Counted from the first letter of the stretch, positions 29,101 through 40,052 are shown. The stretch: DNA of 64,000 nt from an uncultured Thermoleophilia bacterium (GCA_963784965.1 CAWATJ010000003.1:25733-89732); one strand, 5' to 3'. A program made the numbers and translations. The notes: generated by a model not told the origin, from the letters alone.

Positions 29101-30204
29101 GTGAAGATCGTGTACGTCGTCGGCGCCCGGCCGAACTTCGTCAAGATGGCACCGGTAATCGCGGCGCTGCGCGATCGGCTGCCTGGGGCGACACACGTCA
29201 TCGTGCATACCGGCCAGCACTACGACGCAGCGATGTCCAACGTCTTCATCGGACAGCTCGGGATCCCGGAGCCCGACCATCTCCTTGGTGTCGGGTCGGG
29301 GACGCACGCCCAGCAAACGGCCCGGGTGATGGAGCGCATCGAACCGGTTCTCGAGGCCGAGCGACCAGATCTCGTGATCGTCCCGGGAGACGTGAACTCG
29401 ACGTTGGCCGCCTCACTCGTCTCCGTGAAGCTCGGAATTGCGACCGCGCACCTCGAGGCAGGCCTTCGAAGCTTCGACCGCTCCATGCCCGAGGAGATCA
29501 ACCGCATCGTTGCCGACCAGTTCGCCGAGATCCTCCTCGCCCACTCCGACGAGGCGCTCGTCAACCTCGATCACGAGGGAATCGACTCGGCCCGCGTCCA
29601 TCTGGTCGGCAACACGATGATCGACAGCCTCGTCGCCTGTGAGACACGCTTCCGCGGCCTCCACGTGGCGGAATCCCTGGGACTGGTCCCCGGCGAATAC
29701 GTGCTCGTCACGTTGCATCGGCCTGCACTCGTCGACGGCCCCCTCCTCAGCGATGTGATGGACGAGCTGGAGCTCCTCTCCGAGCGCGCTCCCGTCGTGT
29801 TCCCGGTCCACCCGCGAACGCGGGCTCGCCTCGACGAACGAGTGCTCGACGGGCGTCTCACTCTCCTCGATCCGCTGGGCTATCTCGAATTCCTTTCGCT
29901 CGAAGCAGACGCGGGAGCAGTCCTGACCGATTCCGGTGGCGTGCAGGAGGAGACCTCCTATCTCGGCGTACCGTGCTTCACGCTCCGCGATACGACCGAG
30001 CGTCCTGTAACGGTGCGCCTCGGCACGAATACGCTCCTGGGCCTCGACCCGAAGGCCATCGGCCGCGTCTCGCTTCGCCCCGGAAGGACGCCTCCTTCGA
30101 TTCCGGGCTGGGACGGGCGAGCGGCCGAGCGGGTCGCAGGCACCGTCGCTCAGTTCCTGGACGCGGAACGCTCGCGGCCCACGCCTCTGTCCCGGTCGGG
30201 CTGA
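29101..30204 (+). CDS. wecB: UDP-N-acetylglucosamine 2-epimerase (non-hydrolysing)
   Basis: GTG 29101 after GGGAGG; 'VVGARPNFVKMAPV', 'HTGQHYD', 'GDVNSTLA', 'LEAGLRSFDRSMPEEINR'. Confidence 0.9.
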   Translation: MKIVYVVGARPNFVKMAPVIAALRDRLPGATHVIVHTGQHYDAAMSNVFIGQLGIPEPDHLLGVGSGTHAQQTARVMERIEPVLEAERPDLVIVPGDVNSTLAASLVSVKLGIATAHLEAGLRSFDRSMPEEINRIVADQFAEILLAHSDEALVNLDHEGIDSARVHLVGNTMIDSLVACETRFRGLHVAESLGLVPGEYVLVTLHRPALVDGPLLSDVMDELELLSERAPVVFPVHPRTRARLDERVLDGRLTLLDPLGYLEFLSLEADAGAVLTDSGGVQEETSYLGVPCFTLRDTTERPVTVRLGTNTLLGLDPKAIGRVSLRPGRTPPSIPGWDGRAAERVAGTVAQFLDAERSRPTPLSRSG

Positions 30205-30210
30205 TCCACG

Positions 30211-32118
30211 ATGTGCGGCATCGTCGGCATGGCCGCTGCGGCCGGAGCACCACCGCCCTCCGTCGAACCGATCGAGCGGGCAGTGGCCGCCTTGCGGCAC
30301 CGCGGTCCCGACGGGTCGGCCATCCATCTCGACCAGTGGGTCGCACTCGGCCATACGCGCCTGAGCATCATCGACGTCGCAGGCGGCGCCCAGCCGCTTG
30401 CGAACGAGGACGGCTCCGTGCTGACCGTCTACAACGGCGAGATCTGGAACCATGTGCCGCTCCGCCGCGAGCTCGAAGCGGCCGGCCACCAGTTCCGGAC
30501 GCGGTGCGACACCGAGGTGCTCGTTCACGGTTGGGAGGAGTGGGGAGAAGAGCTGCTCGACCGGCTCGAAGGCATGTTCGCGTTCGCAATCTGGGACGGT
30601 CGTAGCCGGCAGCTCGTGCTCGCATGCGACCGTGCCGGGAAGAAGCCCCTTTATCTCGCCGAAACCGAGCGCGGGATCGCGTTCGGATCCGACGCACGTG
30701 CGGTGGCAATCGTCTCGAGCCGAGAGCCGGAGGTCGATCCCACAGCGATCGCGGCGCACCTCTTCCAGCGGTACACCGTGGCCCCACGCACGCTGTTCCG
30801 AGGCATCGAGCGTCTCGAGCCGGGCCAGATGCTCACGTACGACGGCTCCCGAGCGGTGCGGCGGTCGTACTGGAGGCTCGCACCGGGCTCTGAGGAGTCG
30901 CTCGCTCCCGGCGATCTGCGGGAGCTCCTGCGGGAGGCGGTGCGGGCACGCCTGATGAGCGACGTGCCGATCGGCATTCTCCTCAGCGGAGGGATCGATT
31001 CGACTGCCGTTCTCGGGCTTGCGCGCGAGACGGGAGCCCAGGGGATCGACACGTTCACGATCGGCTTCGCCGACGCGCTCTACGACGAACGAGAGCTCGC
31101 AGGCCTTGCCGCGAAACGGCACGGCGCCCGGTACCACGAGGTCGTCGTCGACAGCGCGTCCTTCCTGGAAGCGCTTCCTCGGCTCGCATGGTTCCGGGAC
31201 GAGCCGATTGCCGAGCCGTCCGAGATTCCGTTGCTGCTCCTCGCAGAGTTCGCAGGCAGCCACGTGAAGGTCGCGCTCGGAGGCGACGGCGGCGACGAGG
31301 TGTTCGGGGGGTACCCGAAATACCGGGCGGAGCGCCTGTTGCGGATGGGCAAGATCATTCCTCCGCATCTGCTCGGACGAGCGATGCGGCTGGGAATCGG
31401 CAAACCCACCCACCGCCGGCTGGTGCGCGCCGCGGAGACCCTGTCGATTCGAGATGAGCAGCTCCGCTGGGCGTCCTGGTTCCGATCGTTCAACCCCGCC
31501 GAGATCGGTCGTCTCGTCGCTCCCGAGCTTGCCGAGACGGCGACCCCGGAGAGCCTGCTCGAGCCGCTGCGCGACAAGCTGGCGCCGTACGCGAGCGTCG
31601 ACGCCGGTCGCCGCATGCTGATCGGCGACTTCCTCACGTATCTCCCCGACAACATGCTCCTCCGCGCCGACAAGGTCTTGATGGCGGCGTCACTCGAGGG
31701 GCGGGTCCCGCTCCTGGATCGAGCCCTCGTCGAGCGGGTGAGCCGCGTACCTGCCGACGAGCGGTTCGGGTTGCGCACGGGCAAGACACTCTTCCGCTCG
31801 GCCGTTCACGACCTCCTGCCGCCCGAACTGCTCAGCGCTCCCAAGCGCGGCTTTCCCGTGCCGATCGCCGGACTGCTGCTCGGAGACGGGAACAGACTTC
31901 TGGAACGCCTCCTTCTCTCCCCGCGCGCCCTCGGCCGAGGCTTGCTGCGCCCCGACGCAGTGACTGCGCTCGTTCGTGGCGAGACGCCGGCGAGCGAGCG
32001 GGAGTTGAAGCTCTTCACGCTTGCCACACTCGAGCTGTGGCTGCGAGCCAACATCGATCGAGTCACCCTCGAGCCACCCATGACGATGTCCGAGCTTCTG
32101 GAGGACGAGCATTCGTGA
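30211..32118 (+). CDS. Asparagine synthase (glutamine-hydrolysing)-like amidotransferase
   Basis: 635 aa; N-terminal nucleophile 'MCGI', PP-loop 'LLSGGIDSTAV'. Confidence 0.9.
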   Translation: MCGIVGMAAAAGAPPPSVEPIERAVAALRHRGPDGSAIHLDQWVALGHTRLSIIDVAGGAQPLANEDGSVLTVYNGEIWNHVPLRRELEAAGHQFRTRCDTEVLVHGWEEWGEELLDRLEGMFAFAIWDGRSRQLVLACDRAGKKPLYLAETERGIAFGSDARAVAIVSSREPEVDPTAIAAHLFQRYTVAPRTLFRGIERLEPGQMLTYDGSRAVRRSYWRLAPGSEESLAPGDLRELLREAVRARLMSDVPIGILLSGGIDSTAVLGLARETGAQGIDTFTIGFADALYDERELAGLAAKRHGARYHEVVVDSASFLEALPRLAWFRDEPIAEPSEIPLLLLAEFAGSHVKVALGGDGGDEVFGGYPKYRAERLLRMGKIIPPHLLGRAMRLGIGKPTHRRLVRAAETLSIRDEQLRWASWFRSFNPAEIGRLVAPELAETATPESLLEPLRDKLAPYASVDAGRRMLIGDFLTYLPDNMLLRADKVLMAASLEGRVPLLDRALVERVSRVPADERFGLRTGKTLFRSAVHDLLPPELLSAPKRGFPVPIAGLLLGDGNRLLERLLLSPRALGRGLLRPDAVTALVRGETPASERELKLFTLATLELWLRANIDRVTLEPPMTMSELLEDEHS

Positions 32119-32164
32119 TTCGATACGTGTGAGATCGACGACACGGCTCACGGAGTGCAATCAC

Positions 32165-33340
32165 ATGCGAATCGCTCTCGTCTACCGGTCGTTCCATCTC
32201 GGCGGTAGCCTGCCGCGGGGCCACGTCGAACTGGCCCGCTACCTCTCCTCGCGCGGGCACGACGTGCACGTCTACTCGAATCCCCTCGGCACCGAACAGG
32301 TTCTTGCTCCCGACTGCACCTTTCACGATGTGCCCACCGCGGCTGCCGGGAACAGCAAGGGATTCTCTGCACGTGAGCTCCGCTCGTTCGCCCGCAACGC
32401 CGCCTCGATGCTGAGGAGCGCCGCCTACGACATCGTGCACACGCGGGCTCCGAGCACGTGGGTCGGCGACGTGCTCCATGTGCCCGGTGTACAGCAAGGC
32501 GAGGTCGAGCTCGAGGGACACGGGACAGCCCGTTGGCTCGCGACCCGCCTCCGCCATCCGGGCAATCAGGCGCGGTATGCGCTCGAGCGACGGGCTATCC
32601 GCAACCCTGACTTCGAGCGTTTCCATACTGCCGCCCCGGTCGTGCGCGACGACCTCATGCGCTTCTACGGGATCGACGAGACCGCCATTCGAGTGGTCAC
32701 CCCGGGTGTCAACATGGAGGAATTCAAGCCTGGTGATCAGGGCGCGGCTCGACGTGCGCTCGGGCTGCCGGCGGACGGTCGCCCTCTCGTCCTCTTTTGC
32801 GGCCACGACTTCGTACGCAAGGGCCTCGACCGCGCGATCCGGGCTGCCGCCGCTTCGCGGACGACCTTCGAGCTCGTGATTGTCGGTGGCAACCACGAGC
32901 AGGAACGATTCGAGAGACTCGCCCTCGACTGCGGTGTCCGTGAACGTGTGCACTTCTTCGGCGCGAGATCGGACAGCCCGGTGTTCTTCCAAGCGTCCGA
33001 CGCGTTCGTGCTGCCGTCGCGGACAGAGATCTGGGGCGTGACCGTGATCGAGGCAATGGCATGTGGAATCCCACCGGTCGTCAGCGCGGCTGTCGGCTCG
33101 TCGACCGCGGTCGACGACGGGGTCGACGGCTTCGTGTTCCCGGCGGCCTCCGATCCCGATCAGCTCGCAGCGACCCTCGATCGCGTCGTCGGCGATCCGG
33201 TTCGCCGAAGGTCGATGGCCCAGACGTGTCGCACCACGGCACTTCGATTCTCCGTCGAAGCGCACGGACGCCTCGTCGAGCAGGATCTGGAGGAGATCGT
33301 CGCCCGCCGTGCCGCGCGTGCCGGCACAGCTGGAGCCTAG
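32165..33340 (+). CDS. Family 4 glycosyltransferase
   Basis: Trimmed to ATG 32165; 'MRIALVYRSFHLGG', 'PSRTEIWGVTVIEAMACGIPPV'. Confidence 0.85.
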   Translation: MRIALVYRSFHLGGSLPRGHVELARYLSSRGHDVHVYSNPLGTEQVLAPDCTFHDVPTAAAGNSKGFSARELRSFARNAASMLRSAAYDIVHTRAPSTWVGDVLHVPGVQQGEVELEGHGTARWLATRLRHPGNQARYALERRAIRNPDFERFHTAAPVVRDDLMRFYGIDETAIRVVTPGVNMEEFKPGDQGAARRALGLPADGRPLVLFCGHDFVRKGLDRAIRAAAASRTTFELVIVGGNHEQERFERLALDCGVRERVHFFGARSDSPVFFQASDAFVLPSRTEIWGVTVIEAMACGIPPVVSAAVGSSTAVDDGVDGFVFPAASDPDQLAATLDRVVGDPVRRRSMAQTCRTTALRFSVEAHGRLVEQDLEEIVARRAARAGTAGA

Positions 33341-34809
33341 TAGCCGGCGCGGCCGAAGACGATCGGGATGGTGCGAAGCAACAGCTTCATGTCCCACCAC
33401 AGCGACCAGTTGGTCACGTAGAGGTAGTCGAGCTTCACCATCTCGTCGTACGCGATGTCGTTCCGACCGAGAACCTGCCAGAGGCCGGTGATGCCGGGAG
33501 TCAAATCGAGCCGACGACGCGCCCAGCCGTCGATCTTGTCGTCCTCGTAGACCACGAACGGACGAGGCCCGACGAGGCTCATCTTCCCGACGACGACGTT
33601 GAAGAGTTGTGGCAACTCGTCGATCGAGAAGCGACGCAGCACCCGCCCGACGCGCGTGACCCGCGGATCCTGCCGGATCTTGAAGAGAGGTCCACTCGAC
33701 TCGTTCTCGCCGACGAGGTCGCCGCGCATCTGCTCCGCGCCGTCGACCATCGTGCGGAATTTGACGATCTCGAACTGCTCGTCCTCACGACCCATGCGAG
33801 CCTGCCGGAAGAAGACTGGGCCCGGGCTGTCCAGCTTGATCGCGATCGAGATCACGAGCAGGAAGGGCGAGAGAATGATGAGCGCCGGAATGGTGAGGCA
33901 CAGGTCGAACGCACGCTTCGTCGCCAGAGCGAAGCGAGAGAGGCCGGCGACCGGAAGCTCGAACACCGAGATCCCCTCGACGTCTGCGATACCGACGTTC
34001 GCCGCGATGATCTCGAAGTAGCGAGGCACGATCGAGACGTAGACGTCACGGAGTCCCGCGCTGCGCACGAGCCCGAGCACGTCCTCGTGCGTCGAGCGCG
34101 AGAAGGCGAGCACCACCCGGGTTACGCCTCGCCCGAGGATCGTGGTGAGGAGATCGCTCTCTGCCCCGAGGATCGGCACGTCCGCCACGTCGGCGTCGAG
34201 CGCCTCCGGATCGTCGTCGAGAAACCCGATCACCTCGACGTTGTACTGTGGGTTGCGGCGGATCTTCCGGACGATTGCCTGTCCCACCTTCCCGGCGCCG
34301 AGAACCACCGTCCTCTGCGGCTCGGACGAGTACGGGATCACGCGTTGCCGAAGCACCGCGCGCCCCGAGCAGATCAGCACGATGCCGGCAACCCAGAAGA
34401 AGACGACGCTGAGGGGGTCCGGCGGCAGGAGCCACGGCAGGTTGAACCCGAGAGCTGCCGCGAACGTCGCGAACCCGACGAGCCCGAGCGACGTGAGTAC
34501 GTCCCGCACCTCGTCGAGGGTCGAGACGCTGATCTGGCGACGGTCTCGCTCGTACAGCCGCTGGGTGGCGAACAGGATCAGAGCGAGCGGTACCGTCACG
34601 GCGACCCAGCCGACGGGCGGTAGGGGGTCCTGCGTATTCTCCGCGGCGACGGCGACGAGGGTCGCGAGAAGCAAGGTCGTGAGATCGCTCGCCACGAGCA
34701 TGCGAACGACCTTCCAGTCTCGGCGTCGTGGCACGACGGCGGTCATCGGCACGGAACCAGGGACAGCCTCGACCGACGCGGCTGCCCGGCGACCATCGAC
34801 CGCGGTCAT
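33337..34809 (-). CDS. Polyprenyl-phosphate sugar phosphotransferase (priming glycosyltransferase, WbaP/EpsB-like)
   Basis: Multi-TM N-terminus, central Rossmann-like region, Bac_transf core 'KFRTM...DELPQLFNVVVGKMSLVGPRP'; ATG 34809 follows a strong SD sequence. Confidence 0.9.
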   Translation of the reverse strand: MTAVDGRRAAASVEAVPGSVPMTAVVPRRRDWKVVRMLVASDLTTLLLATLVAVAAENTQDPLPPVGWVAVTVPLALILFATQRLYERDRRQISVSTLDEVRDVLTSLGLVGFATFAAALGFNLPWLLPPDPLSVVFFWVAGIVLICSGRAVLRQRVIPYSSEPQRTVVLGAGKVGQAIVRKIRRNPQYNVEVIGFLDDDPEALDADVADVPILGAESDLLTTILGRGVTRVVLAFSRSTHEDVLGLVRSAGLRDVYVSIVPRYFEIIAANVGIADVEGISVFELPVAGLSRFALATKRAFDLCLTIPALIILSPFLLVISIAIKLDSPGPVFFRQARMGREDEQFEIVKFRTMVDGAEQMRGDLVGENESSGPLFKIRQDPRVTRVGRVLRRFSIDELPQLFNVVVGKMSLVGPRPFVVYEDDKIDGWARRRLDLTPGITGLWQVLGRNDIAYDEMVKLDYLYVTNWSLWWDMKLLLRTIPIVFGRAGY

Positions 34810-35002
34810 GTCTTCCCCCTCCCCTCGGCCCGGGGAACCCGGGCTCGTCCATCGTGTTGCTGTTCGCGTCTGCACTGGCTGTGCCTGTCTCGACTGTTCA
34901 CCGGCGCGGCTGCACGTTCACCGCCCTCGAGGCCGACGTCCTAACCGTAGTCGAGATGGGCCGTCTTGGGAATGGTTCCTTGAATGCCGATATAACAAGA
35001 GC

Positions 35003-36554
35003 ATGGATCGGCGACCGACAGGAGACACGGGGAGCGTGAGAAACGACGGTGAGCCGCCCGGGGGCGGCTCGCCCTCAGGGAGGACGGTGACCGACGCCGT
35101 CCCCGACCTCGATCACCGAATCGTCAAGAGCTCGGGGTGGGTCGCCCTGAGTCTCGGCGGCGGTCAGTTGCTTTCGATCGCCGCGATGCTCGTGCTCGCA
35201 AGGGTGCTCACACCGGCCGATTTCGGCCTGGTTGCGCTGGCCACGCTACTCGTCAGCGTTCTGGGGTACATCCAGGAGTCCGGCGTCGGCGCGGCGCTCA
35301 TCCATTTCCGCGGCGACCCGCGGGCGACGGCCTCCTCCGCGCTGGTGTTCGCCAGCGCGAGCGGGCTCGTCCTGGCCTGTGTCGTGGCGCTCACCGCACC
35401 GGTGTACGCGAACTTCGTCCACAACCCCGACGTGACTCCCCTCGTGCGCGCGCTCAGTGTCTTGCTCCTCTTTCGAGGCCTCGCCGTCGTCCCGGGCGCG
35501 CTCCTCGAGCGCGAGCTCGATTTCAAGACGAAGATCAAAGGTGAGCTCGCGAGCTACATCGTGCAGGCAACCGTCGCTGTCGGGTGCGCCCTGGCCGGCC
35601 TCGGTGCGTGGAGCATCGTGTTCGGCCTGATCGCTGCCGAGGCGACGCACATGCTGGTCGTGTGGATCCTCGTACCCTGGCGCCCGTCGCCGCGCGACGC
35701 CTCGTTGCAGGTGCTGCGGAAGATGCTGCGCTACGGCCGCTTCGTGAGCGCAGCGAATCTCTCCAACCTACTCAACCACAGCATGGACAACCTGGTCGTG
35801 GGTCGGGTTCTCGGCAGCGCGGCGCTCGGGGCGTACGCCCTCGCGTGGCGGTTCGCGGAGCTCCCGAGCACGGTGATCGGACCCATCGTCGGCAGGGCGA
35901 TGTTCAGCGTCTACTCGCAGCTGCAGGACGATCTCCGGTCGGTGCGTCGTGTCTATGTGCAGAACATGCAGCGAACGGTCACGCTGGGACTGGCACCGAC
36001 CGTGGCGCTCTTCATCGCCGCCGACCCGATCGTGCCCGCGATCCTCGGCCCGCAGTGGACGGCCGCGGAGGCTCCGCTCCGCGTCCTCTGCGTATTCGGA
36101 TTCATTCGCCTCGTGATTGCCCCGGCAGGCGAGCTGTTCAAGGGGATCGGGAAGCCCCATCTCCCCCTCGCCGCCGACGTGGTCTTCAGCGTCGTCGCTC
36201 TGCCGTCGCTGATCGTGCTCGTGCACAAATACGGGACAACGGGGGCGGGACTCGCCATGGTCTTCGCCATCCTGGCCGCGACCGTCGTCACCCTCACGAA
36301 TCTGGTCAGGGAATTGAAGCTGCCGCTGCACCGAGTTCCTGCGGGCGCTCGCACGACCGGTGGCCTGCTCGCTACCACTCGCCGCGACGCTTCTCCTCCT
36401 TCTGCCTGTCAGCGCCAAGCTATCGCCCGGGTGGGGCCTCGCCCTCCTCGCCGCGGCCGGCGTTCCCGTCTTCCTGGGTTCGGTGGCGGTGTTCGGCCGC
36501 CCGCTGGTCGGGCCCGTGTGGGCGGCTTTCCGTCATCACGCAGCACCGAGCTGA
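35003..36554 (+). pseudogene. Wzx-type polysaccharide flippase (MOP/PST family) with 3'-proximal frameshift (~36320-36340)
   Basis: About 12 TMs read in the frame of ATG 35003 up to '...ELKLPLH'. The last two TMs ('EFLRALARPVACSLPLAATLLLLL...') are only open in another frame (track ORF 36360..36554). Confidence 0.75.
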
Positions 36555-36601
36555 CCTCCCTGTCGGATCGCCGTCCGCTCGTGTAGTCCCGAAAATCCGC
36601 C

Positions 36602-37591
36602 TTGGGTAGGATGACCGTGATGGGCGAGGCGACCTCCGATCCGACCAGATGGAACACGGGCACCGGGCTCGGTTCGCTCCGACTCCAGAAGCCCGACTGG
36701 GTGTTCTTCAACGGCCGGCTGCGCCCCTGGGAGGACGCAGTACTCCACATTTCGAGCGAAGCGGTCGTGCGCGGCCTCAACGTCTTCGAAGGGTTGAAAG
36801 GCTACTGGCAGCCGGACGGCGGCTTCGGCTTCGTTCATCTCGAGCGCCATTTCGCGCGGCTCAAACGATCGGCCCGCTTGCTTCACATCCCGGTGACGTT
36901 CACGTACGAGGAGTTCGAGCAGTCGTGCGTCGACCTCACCCGCGCTCTGTACCGCCCCGACAAGGAGCTCTACGTTCGGGCGACACTCTTCGTCGTCGAA
37001 GGCCATTACGGCAAGGGCACCGTCGCCGATCTCGTCCTGACCGGGTATCACCAGGACAAAGGGAGCATGCCCGAGCCGATCGCGCTGGGCGTGAGCACCT
37101 GGCAGAGGCCGTCCGATCTGGCTATGCCCGCACGGATCAAGACCGGATCGAACTATCAGATCGCGCGAATCGCGCGAATCGAAGGTCGTGGCCGAGGCTT
37201 CGAGGACATGATCCTGCTGAACTCGGCGGGAAGGGTGGCGGAGTCGACGGGAGCATGTGTGCTGATGGTCAGGGACGGCTCCGTGGCCACGCCGCCCCCC
37301 TCGGAGGGCGCCCTCGAGAGCATTACGCTGGAGGTCGTCTTCGGCCTGGCGGGGTCGCTCGGGATCGAGATCGTCCGCCGGCCGATCGAGCGCAGCGAGC
37401 TCCACATCGCGGACGAGCTCGGGCTGGTCGGGACCCTCTGCGAGCTTCAACTGATCAACGCGATCGACGAGTACGTGCTGCCGGAAGAGCAACCCCTCCT
37501 CAGCGCGCTCGCCCGCCGCTACTTCGACGCGGTCACGGGAGTCGACCCGCATCCCGCAGTCGAGCTCACGCTGGTGCCGCCCGCCGATTGA
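36602..37591 (+). CDS. Fold-type IV (class IV) aminotransferase, branched-chain/D-amino-acid aminotransferase-like
   Basis: 329 aa; 'FEGLKGY', 'RIKTGSNYQ' (Lys region), 'LNSAGRVAESTGACV'. ATG 36611 is an alternative start. Confidence 0.85.
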   Translation: MGRMTVMGEATSDPTRWNTGTGLGSLRLQKPDWVFFNGRLRPWEDAVLHISSEAVVRGLNVFEGLKGYWQPDGGFGFVHLERHFARLKRSARLLHIPVTFTYEEFEQSCVDLTRALYRPDKELYVRATLFVVEGHYGKGTVADLVLTGYHQDKGSMPEPIALGVSTWQRPSDLAMPARIKTGSNYQIARIARIEGRGRGFEDMILLNSAGRVAESTGACVLMVRDGSVATPPPSEGALESITLEVVFGLAGSLGIEIVRRPIERSELHIADELGLVGTLCELQLINAIDEYVLPEEQPLLSALARRYFDAVTGVDPHPAVELTLVPPAD

Positions 37592-37599
37592 GGCAGCGA

Positions 37600-38379
37600 G
37601 TGTCGCGGACGGCCCACGCCCACGATCGCCGGACGTTGACGCTGCTCGGCAGCGGTGGCTGGATTCCGACGAGCCGACGCGAGACATGTTCGGCGATGAT
37701 TCGCGAAGGCCCGCAGGTCCTCGTGATCGACGCCGGAACCGGGATCCGCCATCTCGTCGAGCACTCCGCGCTGCTCGACGGGGCGGACACGTTCGACATC
37801 GTTCTGACGCACTTCCATCTCGACCACGTCATCGGCCTCAGCTACCTGCCCGCCCTCGCTCTGGCGCGGCCACCGCGGATCTTCGGGGCTGGAGAAATCC
37901 TGAACGGGATACCCACCCGGGTGATCCTCGAGCGACTCCTCGGAGCACCGCTCTTCTCGGCCCCGCTCGAAGCGATCACGAGTGACGTGCACGAGCTGAC
38001 GCACGCCCAAGCGGAGATCGGCTCGTTCACCGTCGAGTCCCGCGTCCAGGAGCTACACAGTGAGCCGACACTCGCGCTTCGCGTGCGGTCGCTGACCTAT
38101 TGCACCGATACCGCACCCGACCCCGGTAACGTCGACTTCGCGTCAGGGAGCACCGTGTTGTTGCACGAGGCCTGGTATCCGCAGGGCTCCACCGGAGATG
38201 TCAATCATTCGGGAAGCGGAGACGCAGGCCGGATCGCGCAAGCCGCAGCTGTTCAGCAGCTCGTGCTCATCCACGTGAGTCCACTGCTCGGATCCGACGA
38301 CGAGCTCCTCCCGGGTGCCGTGGCAGAGTTCACGAACACCGTCGTCGGCACCGATCTGCTCACGATCCCGCTCGATTAG
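37600..38379 (+). CDS. MBL-fold metallo-hydrolase (RNase Z-like)
   Basis: GTG 37600; 'LTHFHLDHVIGL' HxHxDH motif, 'VIDAGTG'. Confidence 0.75.
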   Translation: MSRTAHAHDRRTLTLLGSGGWIPTSRRETCSAMIREGPQVLVIDAGTGIRHLVEHSALLDGADTFDIVLTHFHLDHVIGLSYLPALALARPPRIFGAGEILNGIPTRVILERLLGAPLFSAPLEAITSDVHELTHAQAEIGSFTVESRVQELHSEPTLALRVRSLTYCTDTAPDPGNVDFASGSTVLLHEAWYPQGSTGDVNHSGSGDAGRIAQAAAVQQLVLIHVSPLLGSDDELLPGAVAEFTNTVVGTDLLTIPLD

Positions 38380-38388
38380 GCTTCGTCG

Positions 38389-39072
38389 GTGGAAATCGTC
38401 GGCATCGTTCCGGCCGCGGGCTATGCGACCCGCCTGCAACCCCTCGGTTGTTCGAAGGAGGTCATCCCGATCGACGGGAAACCGGTGATGGACTACCTCG
38501 TCGAGCGGATGCGCGCGGGTGGCGCGACACGCGTGCGCGTCGTCACGCGAGCAGAGAAGGACGATGTGATCGCGCGGGCAGACGAACTCGGGGCCGAGAC
38601 GGTACTCGGCAACCCCGAGACGGTGAGCGACTCGATTCTGGCCGGAACAGCCGGCCTCCGGTACGACGACATCGTCCTGATCGGGTTCCCGGATACGCTC
38701 TGGGAGCCGGAGGACGGCTACGTGTCCCTCGTCGGCGCAGTCGCGGCGGGATGCGAGGCAGCGCTGGGGCTGTTTCGCATAGCTCCCTCTGATCTCCCGC
38801 GCTCCGACGTCGTCGTCTTCGGTCCCGAAGACACGATCGCCGGCATCGAGATCAAGCCGGCGGAACCGAAATCCGAGTGGATCTGGGGCATCGCCGCGGT
38901 ACGCGCCGATACCGTTGCCGAGCTCGGCCGCGCCGAATGGCCCGGCGGGTTCTTCGATCTCCTCTGCCGGGAGGGCCGCGACGTGCGAGGCTTCGCGCTC
39001 TCCGATGTCTGGCTCGATATCGGCACGAAGGACGCGCTCGGCATCGCTCATGACCGCGGCGCCCATCCGTGA
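38389..39072 (+). CDS. Sugar-phosphate nucleotidyltransferase (NTP_transferase family)
   Basis: 227 aa; N-terminal 'GIVPAAGYATRLQPL...KEVIPI' signature. Confidence 0.8.
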   Translation: MEIVGIVPAAGYATRLQPLGCSKEVIPIDGKPVMDYLVERMRAGGATRVRVVTRAEKDDVIARADELGAETVLGNPETVSDSILAGTAGLRYDDIVLIGFPDTLWEPEDGYVSLVGAVAAGCEAALGLFRIAPSDLPRSDVVVFGPEDTIAGIEIKPAEPKSEWIWGIAAVRADTVAELGRAEWPGGFFDLLCREGRDVRGFALSDVWLDIGTKDALGIAHDRGAHP

Positions 39073-39095
39073 ACCACACTCACTCCTGCGACGGC

Positions 39096-40052
39096 CTAGA
39101 ACGCTGATCGTCGCAGGCGATGTCTCACTGCGTGCGAGATCCCATCCAAGACCTCTCGAGGCGGAATCGAGCCGCGGAGCCCGGTGAGTGCTTCTCGATG
39201 GAATTCGCGGAAGCCGGCGTGGCGAAACAGGACCGCATGAAAGCTGAGCAGGCGCGCATAGTCGAAGACGCGGGCCGCGAGTCGCCGGCGGTACTCGTCC
39301 TCCGACAGGAAGATCCGGCCGTACTTGATCAGGAGGCTGAGGTCTCCCGGTTGCCCGGCGCCTACGCTGAAGTGAAATACGGAGTCTGCGTCGTCGTGGC
39401 GACGTGTGTACGTCAGGACCTGGTGGACGAAGCCGAAGTCGCTCTCCTGAAGAAGCCTGTAGAAGACCTCCTTGTCCGACGTGATCGGATTGTCGACCCG
39501 ATAGAACTCCGGCCGAGCGCGGACGAGATCGGAGCGGTAGAGCACGGACGACGGCGAACCGATCAGGTAACCCCAGGGTCGGCCGAGGAGCTGAGCACGG
39601 CAGATGTCGCGTCCCGGCACGACCTCCGCCGTGATCGGAAGCCCGTCGAGCGTTACCTTTCTGCCCTCTAGCCGATACGCGCCGACGATCCCCACGGTGG
39701 GGTTCGCGACCGCGAGCGCGACCATGCGCTCGAGACAGTCGCGAAAGAGCCAGTCGTCGGCGTGGATGACCTTCGTGTACCTGCTGTCCGGCGAGATCTC
39801 GCTCAGCGCGCGGTTCGCATTGGGATCGGGGCCGACGAACTCGCTCGGACGCAGAAGGCGGACCCGCGGATCACGCTTTTCGTAACTCGTGACGATCTCC
39901 GGCGTCGAGTCGGTCGAGCAGTTGTCCACGACGAGATACTCGAATTGGGCGTACGTCTGCGAAAGAACGCTCTCGATGCACTCGGCGATGTACTCTTCTC
40001 CGTTGTAGACGGGAGTGACGACGCTGACGAGTGGGTCGTTTCCGGCAGTCAT
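39096..40052 (-). CDS. Family 2 glycosyltransferase
   Basis: 318 aa; 'VSVVTPVYNG', 'DNCSTDST', 'HADD'; paralog (~40% identity by eye) of 7969..8940. Confidence 0.85.
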   Translation of the reverse strand: MTAGNDPLVSVVTPVYNGEEYIAECIESVLSQTYAQFEYLVVDNCSTDSTPEIVTSYEKRDPRVRLLRPSEFVGPDPNANRALSEISPDSRYTKVIHADDWLFRDCLERMVALAVANPTVGIVGAYRLEGRKVTLDGLPITAEVVPGRDICRAQLLGRPWGYLIGSPSSVLYRSDLVRARPEFYRVDNPITSDKEVFYRLLQESDFGFVHQVLTYTRRHDDADSVFHFSVGAGQPGDLSLLIKYGRIFLSEDEYRRRLAARVFDYARLLSFHAVLFRHAGFREFHREALTGLRGSIPPREVLDGISHAVRHRLRRSAF

